A stretch of DNA of 64,000 nt from NCBI RefSeq assembly GCF_036321535.1, contig NC_087436.1, positions 11,222,001-11,286,000 on the forward strand, written 5' to 3'. The notes below the pieces were generated by a model. The model made no database searches. It saw nothing but the letters and a program-made list of their open reading frames with translations, and was not told where the DNA came from. Made by a program: the position numbers and the translations under genes. The DNA comes from Camelus dromedarius. Taxonomy: Eukaryota. Positions 26,030-37,580 of this stretch are shown in pieces (the stretch's first letter is position 1; every line of letters begins with the position of its first letter).

Positions 26030-26250
26030 TCTTTTTTTTTTAATTAATTAAAAAAAATTTTTTTTGAAGTATAGTCAGTTACATGTCAATTTCTGGTGTA
26101 CAGCATAATATTTCAGTCAAACATACACATACATAAATTCGTCTTCATATTCTCTTTCATTAAACGTTACTACAAGATACTACAATTCCCTGTGCTACAC
26201 AGAAGAAATTTGTTTTTTTATCTATTTTTATATATAGTAGTTAATATTTG
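26030..26250 (-). mobile_element. Young L1 3' UTR fragment
   Basis: tttgaagtatagtcagttacatgtcaatttctggtgtacagc...ttccctgtgctac. Confidence 0.88.
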
Positions 26251-27191
26251 TTCTTGGTATTAGAAAATGTCACAAATCCAGATAAAGTATTTTTCTAATG
26301 CAGAAAAGGACAGCAGGTAGGTATGAGAAAACTGTTGAAAGATAGCAAAATAACCAGAAACAAGCGGAATTGGCAACTACATAAGGAATTTCCTAAGCAT
26401 GGAAATCCAGCACTAAGCCAGTAAATTGAAGAATATGGTTTGTTGACTCCTATTGGAGAGAGGACAAAGGACGTTGGGAGAAGGAAGACCCACAGTTTAC
26501 TTTCTCGGGTGTTGAGATGCAAATAGGAGGAGCTTGTTTTGGGACTCCGACATTCCACTTATGCACCTGGGAATCACAGCAAGAATCGGTGTGGGACCAT
26601 TTCAAAGGGATGTGGCCCAGCTGGGCTCACTAAGCTGACTGGACAAAACGTCGTGGGTATCTTGGGACAAAAAGGTCTTTGCTATTATCAGCTGCTTCTG
26701 CAAGTTTGGGGATTTTTTTGGGGTGGGGGGAGACAAAGGAGGGCCTTTTATTTTCTTAATTCTCTGAATTATACTAATAGTCTTAGAACATTTAATAAAA
26801 GAAGAAAAGATTTCTTTAGGACAGACACATATAAAAATCACTCCAAAATGGATTTCATTAGCTATTTTTGTTGGTTTATACTGCTTTATTCCTGAAAAAC
26901 TTCATTAACTGAAATTCAAGGTCCGTCATCAAACATCTGTTAAGCCTCAATCTCCTGCTTTGAGAAATGGAGGCAACTTACCTACCTGATGAAGATCCAA
27001 TGAGATGATGCATTGAACCCTGAAAACTATAAAGTACAAATCACATTCAAGGAATCATTTACATAGGCACTGAATAACATTTTCCTCATTAATGAGATAA
27101 ATTCTTGAACAACAGACCTATATATTTTATAAGCTTGTTATATATATTCCTTTAGCAAATGGAAACTTATGTTCCAAGAATTGCAAAAATT

Positions 27192-27280
27192 GGGGGGATT
27201 GTATAGCTCAGTATTAGAATGTGTGCTTAGCATGCACAAGGTCCTGGGTTCAAATCCCCAGTACCTCCATTAAAAAAAAT
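27192..27280 (+). mobile_element. Vic-1-type SINE
   Basis: gtatagctcagtattagaatgtgtgcttagcatgcacaaggtcctgggttcaaatccccagtacctcc followed by an A tail. Confidence 0.92.
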
Positions 27281-28586
27281 TATAAAAATCAAACATTTGC
27301 TTACAGTGGGAGGAGCAGAATATAATTTGAGATAGATTATTAAATGTCATGGCTACAGATAGCCCAAATCCTCTCAGCTCCCTAAGTCCCATCCTAAACT
27401 GTAATTTGCAAACAGTAAAAACAATGTAGTGTGAAGGAATGTGGTTGTCCCTAAAGGCCACGTAAACTATGGTTTTCCATCTGAGATGGTCAAGAGACCA
27501 AGCATTTTTTTTTAAGTACAGATGTACAATAAACCAATATCAAATTTACATCTAAAAATTGTAACCATAAGGAAAAATCAACATTGCAGATTCTAAGAAG
27601 GTGTAGAATTTATTTTTATGACAATTTCCCAGGAACTTAATCTTAGTAGAATGTTTGGATGTTTGCCCAGTAAACCAACCCCAACCACCAGCAGTTATAG
27701 CTTCTATGGCTCCAGTTTCAAGTAGTGGGTTATATTTGGACTGTCCCTGGAGATACTGAAAATTCAGTCCAGCAGCTACCTGGAAACTACTCCCAGGACC
27801 CAGCTTATGTTATGGGTGAGATGGTACAGCAGAGACATCTTCCTGGAAGTCTTGATTACTACACTTCCTTATGGGTAGTTAAACTTCTGCCAGTTAGAGG
27901 TTAGAATTGTCACTAGAAACTGTAAGGTTTAAGAATATGAAAACAGCAGCAAAACAGAGAGATTCATATTTGCTCATTTTTGAAAATATATTTTAGTTTA
28001 TATTATCTTCTAGAATTCTAGGACTTTCTTCTGGCATTCCTGGCTCAAAAACTGGTTATCTAGAAAACATTCTCACACATTCACTATTGAAGCTCTTTTG
28101 TGTCTACATGCCAGTGGCAAGGTTTTCTAGGTGGAGAATCCAACGTAATCCAAGTCAACAGTTGATTGACTTTTGCCCAAAGATCTTATCACTGCCTTGT
28201 TTGAATACTCTGACCTCCTAGGTTAGGTTAAGAGGCTTGGAGTCTGCTTGGCTTCACCCATGTCCCTTTTAAAATATAAGTGGGTGTGTACAGGATGCAA
28301 AGAGACATAAGAAAAAGTTGTTGGACCTTAGATTAGCACACATGAACCAACAGGAATCATCGCTCACATAATTTGTGCTTAGAATCCCTTGGGAAACCAT
28401 GAGGTTACAACTGACACCAATAATTCTTTGCATAAACTGAAGAACATTTTCCAGAAATTTCTGAGGACAGAAAATGAGAGAAGTGATATTAAATCCTACC
28501 CTCAGGGACAAGTGGTTATGTATTAATAATTTTCCATTTTCTTTGTTTACATCTCAGAGTTTTCATTAAATGATTCCTAGAACTGC

Positions 28587-28701
28587 TTTTTTTCTCTTTC
28601 TTTTTCTTTTTTTCTTTTTGTAATGGAGGTTCTGGGGGTTGAACCCAGGACCTCATGCATGCTAAGCACACACTTTACCACTGAGCTATGCCCTCCCACC
28701 C
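28587..28701 (-). mobile_element. Vic-1-type SINE
   Basis: ggaggttctgggggttgaacccaggacctcatgcatgctaagcacacactttaccactgagctatgccctccc. Confidence 0.92.
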
Positions 28702-29954
28702 TAATTTTATACTTCTAATGTTTTCTTGACTTGTGTTTTCTTATTCTCAATAAATTTACTCCATTTAAGTAAATTGATGTTTGTCATTAAAATTGTCATT
28801 GAAATATTTAATTCTGTTAAATACACAAATTTATTTGCCTACTATGAAAAAAGGTATGACATTGTCATCACTGAATTTTAAAAATTATATTTTGGTAGTT
28901 TAGTCATTCTTAATAAACTAGTCTACACCAATTGTCTATGATAGTGGTTCTCAAATATTTTGGTCTTAATATTGGCATTTGTTCAAGATTTTCTGGCTGA
29001 GGTGGAGTCATGTTGATGCTTTAGGTCCTTAACTACACAAAGTGCCATTGAATCAGATCTGCATTGATCAGCACTTCTTAAAACGTTCGTGTGTGTTTGA
29101 TTCATTTAAGGATCTTGTTAAACTGCAAATTCGAATTTAGAAGATCTGGGTGGGTCTGAGATTCTGCATTTTCAGTAAGTTCCTAAGTAACGTAATGATG
29201 TTGGGCCACAGACTGCATTTTGAGTAACCAAGTTTTGGATTATCATTAATCTATTCCAAAGGAGTTTGTTGAAAGTTGTCTAAAAAGAGGAAGATAATTG
29301 AAAATCTTGTTTTCTTTAAAAATGTATACAACGCATTAATTAAAAAGACAAAGGGGTATTTTGACATAGCATAACATGTAGGTAGCATTTTGCCAAATTT
29401 CTCTACCCTTTAGGAAGCTAACTTGGTTTAGCTTTATGTAAATTTAACCAATGAATTATTTTCAACAATTACTTTTTAATAGTTAATTTTTTAAAATTTT
29501 TATTGAAGTATAGTGGATTTACAATGTTGGTTTCAGGTGTACAACATATTAATTCAACATTTTTATAGATTATACTCTTTGTCATAGTTAATTTAATTAG
29601 AATTTTGTACACGAATTTTAAGAAAAGGAGCAATATGAAGACAAAGGCAGAGAAATTTGCCAAAATTTGCCTAAGTTTTATGGTATTTCAAAATACTGAA
29701 TTTTTTTAATTTAGCATTTTTAATTGGTGAATTCATCATCTGAATTGTGATGAATACTAAGGAAGAACACTTGGATTTATACAAAAATCTCCCCAAAGAC
29801 AACCCAAAGCCATCTACAGATTCAACACATCCCTATAAAAATCCCATGGCTTTTTTTTTTTTTTTCTGCAGAAACAGAAGATTTTATCCTAAAATTCATG
29901 GGTAATCTCAGGGACCCCAAATAACCAAAACAATTTTGAAAAAAAACAAAGTTC

Positions 29955-30218
29955 TGTGGCCGTTTCACTTGGCTTGTAAGTAGGCATTGTCTTGCTATGT
30001 GCTCGCATAGCGACTTCTCTGTGTGTGTTCAGAGAAAGAGGATGAGCTCTCTAGCGTCCCTTTTTAGAGAACACTAATCCTATTGGATTGGGCCCCACCT
30101 TTATAACTGTTTTTTAACCTTAACTGCTTCCTTAGGGGCTTCATCTCCAAATACACATACTGAGGGTGAGGATTTCAACATACGAATTTGAGGGGACGCA
30201 AATATTCAGTCCATAACA
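29955..30218. mobile_element. MLT1 (MaLR) LTR fragment
   Basis: taatcctattggattgggccccacc...tctccaaatacac...atttcaacatacgaatttgaggggac...attcagtccataaca. Confidence 0.85.
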
Positions 30219-30570
30219 TGCCATTATAAAAAATTAAAACAGGTCAAAGACTTAAATGTAAGGCCCAAAAATATAAAACTCCAAGAAGAAAACTTAAAGG
30301 AAATGTATCATGACATTGGACTTGGCAATGATTTCTTGACTGTGACACCAATACACAGGCAATAAAAACAAAAATAGGCAAATAAGTCTACATCAAATGT
30401 TAAAACATTTATGTATCAAAAGACACAATCAGAGTGAAAATGCAATCTATGAAATGGGAAGAAATATTTGCAAATCATGTATTTGATAAGGGGTTAATAT
30501 CCAGAATATATAAAGAACTCCTACAACTCAGTGACAAAAAGTCAAATAATCCAATTTAAAAATTGGCAAA

Positions 30571-30699
30571 GGTGGGGAGGGTATAGCTCAGTGGTAGAGT
30601 GCATGCTTAGCATGCACAGGGTCCTGGGTTCAATCTCCAGTACCTCCATTAAAAAAATAAAACAACAATTAAAAATTTAAACACACACACTCACACAAA
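30571..30699 (+). mobile_element. Vic-1-type SINE nested in L1
   Basis: ggggagggtatagctcagtggtagagtgcatgcttagcatgcacagggtcctgggttcaatctcc. TSD aattggcaaa / aatgggcaaa. Confidence 0.94.
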
Positions 30700-31989
30700 T
30701 GGGCAAACGACTTGAATAGACATTTTGCCAAAGATATACAAATGACCATAGCCATGTGAAAATATGTTCACCATCACTAACCTTCAGAGAAATGAAATCA
30801 AAACCATAATGAGATGTTATCTCACACTCATTAAAATGGGTAGTATTAAAGAAAAGAAGAAGGAAAAAACCAGAAAATAGTAAGTGTTAATGAGGACATG
30901 GAGAAATTGAAATCCTTGTACACTGTTGATGGGAATGTAAAATGGTACAGTTACTATGGAAAACAATATGGAGATTGCTTGACCAATTAAAACTAGAACT
31001 TCCACGTGATCTAGCAATCCTATTTCTGGAATATATATATCAAAAGAATTGAAAGCAGGGTCCCAAGAGATATTTGCACACTCATATTCATAGTAGCATT
31101 ACTCACAGTAGGCAAGAGGTAGAAGCAACCCAAGTGTCCATCAATGCATCCGTTGATGAATGGATAAACAAAATGTGGTATCTACCTACAATGGAATATT
31201 ATTCGGCCTTAAAAAAGAAGGAAATCTTATCACATGCTACAGAATAGATGAACTTTGAGGACATCATGTTAAGCAAAATAAGCCAGTCACAAAAAGACAA
31301 ATACTGTATGATTCCACTTTTAGGAGATATCTAAAGTAATAAAATTCGAAGAAAGAGAAAGTAGAATAGTAGTTACTAGGGGCTCGGGTGAGGGGAAAAG
31401 GGGGAGTTATTTTTTAAGTGGTATAGAGTTTCAGTTTTTCAAGGTGAAAATTTCCAGAAATCTGTTTCACAAGAATGTGAATATACTTAACGTTACTGAA
31501 CTGTACACTTAAAATGGTTAAAATGGTATTTTTTATGTTATGTGTGGGCTTTTATCACAATTTTAAAATATCTTCCAAAGATCTTGAAGTGCTTCTGTAT
31601 GCCTCATCTCACACATCTGCACAATGATCAGAGTAAAAAGTGCTTAGAGGTGGAAAACTAAAGGAAGGAGAATTTATATTCCCCAAGTCACTTCAATCAG
31701 TAGCATAGTTTGGGCTCCGACTTCACTAAATCTTTAATGAAGTACTGCAAAGGGTTAGCTTCACCTCTACCAGAAGGAACGTACTTAATGGACATTGGGG
31801 AAAAAAAAGAAAAAGAGGAAGGAAAGAAGGGAGGAAGGAAGGATCTAAGAATACAAATAAAATAGTTAAACAGTAGTATCACTATTCAATGGAACACCAT
31901 GCAACCATTAAAAGAAATAAAGTAGATGTGTGTGGAAATACTTCCACACTCTTTAGTGTGAAAAAGCAAGATATGGAACAATGTATTTA

Positions 31990-32149
31990 GCACAATCGTA
32001 TTTGTGTTAAAAACAAACAGTAAAAACTAAAATAAACAGATAAATACATACAAAGAGGAAAAGGAAGTACATAATTTTTTTTAAGTCTGGAAATACACAC
32101 AATGAACTATAACTTCTTAACAGCATAAACTCTAAGGAGCGAAATTGGA
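31990..32149 (+). repeat. Left arm of a ~160-bp inverted duplication (within an old L1-like segment)
   Basis: Reverse complement of 33910-34082; shared blocks gttaaaaacaaaca, taaacagataaatac, ttttaagtct, cacaatgaact, ctaaggag. Confidence 0.9.
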
Positions 32150-32525
32150 TTTTGCAAATTGTGCATTTTGCAATGAGAAAACAAAACAGTACCATTACTC
32201 AGTATTAATATGTCTACAAGTCCTAAATTCAATTACCTGATTGTGCAAAATGTAACTGTTAATGGAGGCAACATGGTATCATGCCTTCAAATCAGAGAGA
32301 TCTAGGTTCAAATCACAAATCTGAATTTGCTTTCTGACTCCTTGGGAAAAAATGCCTACTCTCACTAAGCCTCAGATTTTTCCATCTATGAAAAGGGGTT
32401 ACTAATATCTACCTCATCAGATTGTTGAAAAGAGCAAATGCTGAATAAACAAATTAAGATTATATTTCAATCCTCTTTATATACTTATGCCTTGGCATAT
32501 TATAAGCAACAATAATTAATTATTA

Positions 32526-32655
32526 AGGGGGAAGGGTATAGCTCAGTGGTTGAGTGCGTGCTCAGCTGCCCGATGTCCTGGGATCAATCCCCAGTGCCTC
32601 CACTAAAAATAATAAATAAACCTAATCACCTCCCCTCAAATAAATGAATAAATAA
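32526..32655 (+). mobile_element. Vic-1-type SINE
   Basis: gggggaagggtatagctcagtggttgagtgcgtgc...; TSD aataattaattattaa. Confidence 0.9.
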
Positions 32656-33299
32656 TAATTAATTATTAATTGTAAGTAGTTAATAATGCATCTAGTAGGT
32701 ATTTCCTGATTGACTGAGCTTGCTAGGGCTGCAGGAGGTACGAGTGACTGAAGCACCCTGTCTGTCCTCACGGATGGCACAGACTAGGCTGGGGCAGCAC
32801 CACGCTCCTCTCTGTCCGGCTGCTGCTCCCACAGGACTCAGACACACAGCAGAGAAATCCCGGCCTGAACTCCTTGTGCATCACTGCCATTCGCTCTCAG
32901 AGGGTGCTATGCTTTCAGAAATGTGTAGAAATACCCAGCTTGTGGGCCAGTTCGCTACAGGCTCAGAACTGACTGCTACAATTTCTGAACCAGCAGGCTC
33001 GAAATGTAAATGAACTTGCATCACTCCCTCTGGATAATCCCCGAAAAGTCCTCTAGCAGGCACACGATTTCCATAGTCACTGCTGCTTTCAGCCCACTCT
33101 GTGGGAATTATATCCTGGGACATCACTCAGTCTATTCTTTTTCTTCGATTTGTGAAATTCCTGGTTCATTCACAGCTGCCAAAGGTGTTACTGTAGTGAT
33201 GATTATAAACCTGAATTCCTTCAATAGTGAGGAATCTATAAACACACATCTCTTGCTTCCTCTTTCCTCCCGCATCATTCCTCCTGCCTCTTTTGTAAG

Positions 33300-34365
33300 T
33301 TGATGTTGGGGAAGCCGGCTCTCCATCCTTGGACCTCTTCACTTCTCTGTCTGTGCACACTCCCTTGGTGACCCCTTACATCCAGTCTCTTCGGTTTTCA
33401 ATACCATCTGTAAGCTGGTGAGTCTCAGATTTGCACTCCCAGCGTAGACCTCTTGTATGCTCAGCACCTCTGCTTCAAAGCCTAATTTCTGATAATGCTC
33501 CCCAAACCACATCCATCTGTAATTTTTCCCTCCAAGTTGTTGGCAACTCCATCTTTCCAGTAGTTCAAGACAAATATCTCTGTCTCTCATACCCCATATC
33601 CACACACACTGTCAGTAAATCCTGTTGGCTCTGGCTTTAAAATATAATGAGGATTTAATTACATCTTACTAAGCTTCCACTGCCACCACCCTGGCCCAAG
33701 CCACCATCATCTCTCACCAGGTGTCCTGCAGTAATCGATCATGTACTTCCCTGGCTCAAAACCTTGTCGTGGATTCCTAGTTCATTCAGAGTAAAAGCCA
33801 AAATCCCTACGATGGCCCGCAGAGCCAAGGGTCTCCCCCAGCCTTTGATCTCCTGTCCTGCCTCTCCCCGAGAGCCCTCTGACTGCACTGCCATCCTGGC
33901 TGTTTCTGGTCCAGTTTCACTCCTTAGGGTTTATTATGTTAAGAGGTCACAGTTCATTGTGAGTATTTCTAGACTTAAAAAAAAAACAACTATATACTTT
34001 CTCTTCTTCTCTGTGTGTATTTATCTGTTTATTTATTTATTTCAGTTTTTATTGTTTGTTTTTAACAAAAGTATGATTTTGCCACCACTGAGCCTTTTAG
34101 CCAAGTTCTACGCTTTTTTATGTAGCCCTCACTAATGTACTGTACATATTCTTATATATTAGCTTTGATTGTTATTTTGTCTCTCTCTCTCTTCAAGAAC
34201 TCTGTGATTTTAGGGGGTCTGGGGAGAAGGAGGCAGGGATCTGTGTTAATTTCATCAGTATCATTCACTGATGTATCTCAAGTATGAGAACAGATCCTGA
34301 GGCTGGAGGGGGCGGGGGAGCATGCTCCATAGTAACTGCTGAATGAATGAATGAATGCATGAAAA
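33300..34365 (+). mobile_element. L2 LINE 3' region
   Basis: ggcaactccatctttccagt...gtcagtaaatcctgttggctct...ccaccaccctggcccaagccaccatcatctctcacc; terminal (gaat)n at ~34340-34357. Confidence 0.8.
33910..34082 (-). repeat. Right arm of the inverted duplication, embedded in an L2
   Basis: See left arm; roughly 80% identical by eye. Confidence 0.9.
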
Positions 34366-34390
34366 TTAATGATGCTAAATCACATTTGCA

Positions 34391-34494
34391 TGGTGGTAGA
34401 GTGCTTGCTTAGCATGCATGAGGTCCTGGATTCAATCCCCAGTACTTCTATTAAAAATAAATAAATAAATAAACCTAATTTTTTTTTAAAAAAA
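34391..34494 (+). mobile_element. Vic-1-type SINE, 5'-truncated
   Basis: gtggtagagtgcttgcttagcatgcatgaggtcctggattcaatccccagtac followed by (aaat)n. Confidence 0.9.
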
Positions 34495-35334
34495 GGACAG
34501 TCTGAACGATCAAGTCTGACAGAAGCAGAACTTCAAAGCCATAAGCTGCTTTGAAGCTTACCCAATACAACTCATGTAAGAAATTTAGAAAACAGAACCA
34601 GAGAAGTAAAAAGATTTATCAGAAACCCTGCTGCTAGTTCATGGCGAAGAGTAAAGAAAATCTGGGTCTTTTGGTTTAGTGGGCTTTCCCCAGCTCTTCA
34701 CTGATTCTCTTGCCTATTCCCTAAGTTTAGCCTAGACTTCTTGAGTTGCTGGAGGACCGTCATAATTATACCTAAAGAATGTTTAACTGACTCCTCCCAG
34801 GAAACGTTGCCCAGTGCCTAAAGAAGTGATTTCGTTTGTACACTAGCTCCAAGGACCCCCCAACAATCAGAGATTGGCCACCAGACCTAATGGCAGTGGA
34901 TTCAGAGTACAGACTTTCAGGTCAGAGCACAGTGGACTCCTAGGATCTGTCACCAACCATCTTAAGTGCCCAGCTCTCTGTAGCCTCCTCTGCCGTCACA
35001 GATAACTTGTTTCTCACATGCAGTTAATTTTGACATCAATCTAAATGCTCACAGAGTTGAGAGGCAGTTCACATCTTACAAAGGACAGTATTAGCCTTCG
35101 TGGTATCGAACAGAAATGTCACCTGGGGAGAAACAAATGCTCGGTAGTCTCCTCTCAGTGGTCAGAGTTCTGCTTTCTCTTTGCCTTGTCCTCTTCCCTT
35201 AGGTGCAGTTCTTCTCCTGAACCCACAGGAAAATGATGCTAGTGAGGACCCACGTCCTTTAATAACCAAAGTTCATTTCTACCCTTCCAAATTGTTCATT
35301 CCCAACCCTTTTTTCTAAATTCTTTTTATTGTAG

Positions 35335-35432
35335 AGGAGGAACATCAAATAAAGGAAAAGAAAAAGAAAAGAAAAAAGTCTGGAAGGAAGAAAAATTGCT
35401 CAGAGGAAGAGCGTGAGATTGAAGCCATTTAG
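35335..35432 (+). CDS. SMIM31: SMIM31 last coding exon, encoding (E)[31 protein letters not shown]
   Basis: Long pyrimidine tract then ttttattgtag|AG at 35334/35335. Phase matches the upstream donor (G|AG=Glu). TAG at 35430-35432. Resembles the recalled human C-terminus [34 protein letters not shown]. Total CDS 112+98=210 nt. Confidence 0.93.
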
Positions 35433-35947
35433 GTCCAGAGATGACACCTATGATGCCACAGCCACAGATGCTTCCCACTGAGGATGTGGAGGAAGTGGTC
35501 CACGGAGAGCTACTTACCCACAGGAAATAAGAAAGGATGCTCAAGGGAATTAAAAGATGCACTTACTGTCAGACTGATGGCTGTAACCGTTAATGAACTG
35601 AATACTGGGGTAAGACTTTTGTAACATTTTTGTGACTCAACTTTATTAAAAAGTATTTCTTATACTTATTAAGAGCAATAAGTACATCATGCTAGGTGTA
35701 ATGAATTATACAAAGGAATATGTCCAAAGTGATAACAATAATATGATAGCTCAAAGGGCCAGGAGAGCCCAAACAATGTGTGTTAAAATTTACTGAGAGG
35801 AAAAAAAAATTTTTCATCACATTAGAAAAAAAAAACCTTGAGATCATACAGTAATGTATAAGTCTAAATTTTTCTAACACATTATGGTGAAAAACTACAA
35901 TTAACTTTATTACTGCTTCTGTATCTGAAATAAACATGAAAGAGAAG

Positions 35948-36100
35948 AGGGGGACGGTATAGCTCAAGTGGTAGAGCACCTGCTTAACATACATGAGGTC
36001 CTGGGTTCAATTCCCAGTACCTCTTCCAATAGAAATAAACCAATAAACCTCCCCGTCAAAAAAAAAAAAGTTTAAAAAGAAAAAAAATGGAAAAAGAAAA
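35948..36100 (+). mobile_element. Vic-1-type SINE in the putative SMIM31 3' UTR
   Basis: ggtatagctcaagtggtagagcacctgcttaacatacatgaggtcctgggttcaattccc. TSD catgaaagagaag on both sides. Confidence 0.93.
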
Positions 36101-36699
36101 CCATGAAAGAGAAGGAACACTATATACTTTTACAGACTTAAGGCAGAAAATTTTGAAGTGTTTACACTAAATGGAAATACTACCATTGCTTTAGTGAGTT
36201 TTAAAATGCCAATGTCTAAGTTCTCCAAAGCAATACGGTTTAAATGACATGAGTCTTTGTAAACCTCTGATCCTAATACCATCCGAGTTTGTGATGTGTA
36301 AGCACCCAGGAAAAAGTGTTGTTCCGTGTCTATTTTTTCCCCTAGAGTTAAATTTTCTGTAATTGTCATATAGGTAGATACTAAGTTATCGCAATCAGCA
36401 CTGATAGTTTTGCAGTAACAGGAAGGAACACGATTCTACCAAAGACACCTAACCTGTATCTGGTAAGGATCATGGCTTAGGTCTATATGGCTTCTGGCTA
36501 CTGAGTTCTGATTGCATGGAAGAACCAGTTCATTCATACGTGTCCCTGCCCTGTGCATTTTGCTCTCAAGCAAGAGCTAATACAGTGGTTCCCTGCCATA
36601 GGTACATATGCAGATTACTGTCAGTACTGTTCAGCAAAGTTAGCCAAGCAGACACCCAGGACGTAAGTCAGAATACTAAAAATGCTAAAGGGCACATTA

Positions 36700-36970
36700 A
36701 GTTAGAGAAGGATAGAGCGTGTGCTTTAAAAGCAAACGGAGCCCCCAAAACAAACAAGCAAAACAGAAGTGGGTTTGAACCTGCTCTGGCTTTTCCTTAT
36801 TATATGTCCTTGGGAAATTATTTCATTTCTTTGAGCCTGGGTGCTTTCCCTGGAAAATGAAGACAAAAAAAGACCTTATTTGCTGAATTGATGGATGGAT
36901 AAGAGACACTGTGTATAAAATGTGTAATCGGTGCCTGGGATAGTTACTCAATGAGGCTAGCTGTTATTAT
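36700..36970 (+). mobile_element. MIR SINE
   Basis: gggtttgaacctgctctggc...ccttgggaaattatttcatttctttgagcct...gtgcctgggatagttactcaatg. Confidence 0.65.
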
Positions 36971-37534
36971 TAGAAAGCATTGGTATTCCCTGAGATCTTT
37001 AAATTTCCTTAATATGGTTTTTCAGAAAAGCAGAAAAAATATGCAACATGGTTCAAAATACTTGGATGTTGCCCAGTTCAGTCCCTTATGCATCTCATAC
37101 AGTATTGCACTGGCTGGAAGTGGGAAGCATTTGACAACCAATTAGTAATATTTCAGGCCAGACGACAAAGCAAAGATACGAAATAAAATCTCCCAACATA
37201 TTTATAGAGTAATCACCACACACCTCAGCCTATCATTTTGTTACCTGGAGTGTAACCAATCCACCAAATCAATTCAAGTTTCTTCAGAAGCAAAAGCATC
37301 TCTCATTGCCTTCATCGTATGACAGACACATTGCACTACAGTGGGAAGCATGCCATTTCATGTCTGCGTGAGGCTGCAAACAGTCTTAGAGAAATAGCGT
37401 ATTCTTAAACTTTATCCCCCTATCCAGCACAATTTTTTTTTCAAAAATTTTAACGAATTTTCCACCTTTTACTTTTTTTTTAGTGTTCTATTATTTTCTT
37501 TCTGATTTACAGCCAGAGTCATAGTAAATTGAAT

Positions 37535-37580
37535 GAGAGACTTCTGAGTATCCGAGAGACTTCTGAGTCTCCCAGAGACT
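37535..37580. repeat. 19-bp tandem duplication
   Basis: gagagacttctgagtatcc gagagacttctgagtctcc cagagact. Confidence 0.8.

Larger units (their letters stand above)
29780..31565 (+). mobile_element. L1MB-like LINE (ORF2 3' half plus 3' UTR) with nested MLT1 and SINE
   Basis: gccatctacagattcaac...; gaaatatttgcaaatcat; tggataaacaaaatgtggtatctacctacaatggaatattattc; ends ctgaactgtacacttaaaatggtt. Confidence 0.9.

Noticed and set aside
26510..26524. Octamer ATGCAAAT with a weak SOX-like flank (similar partial at ~61192-61207)
   Set aside because: The SOX half is poor, and single octamers are expected by chance in 64 kb of AT-rich DNA.
30571..30650. tRNA-like sequences with A/B boxes (about 19 copies)
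   Set aside because: They carry A-rich tails and TSDs and are mutually diverged, so they are tRNA-derived SINEs, not tRNA genes. They are dispersed, not a CRISPR-like array.
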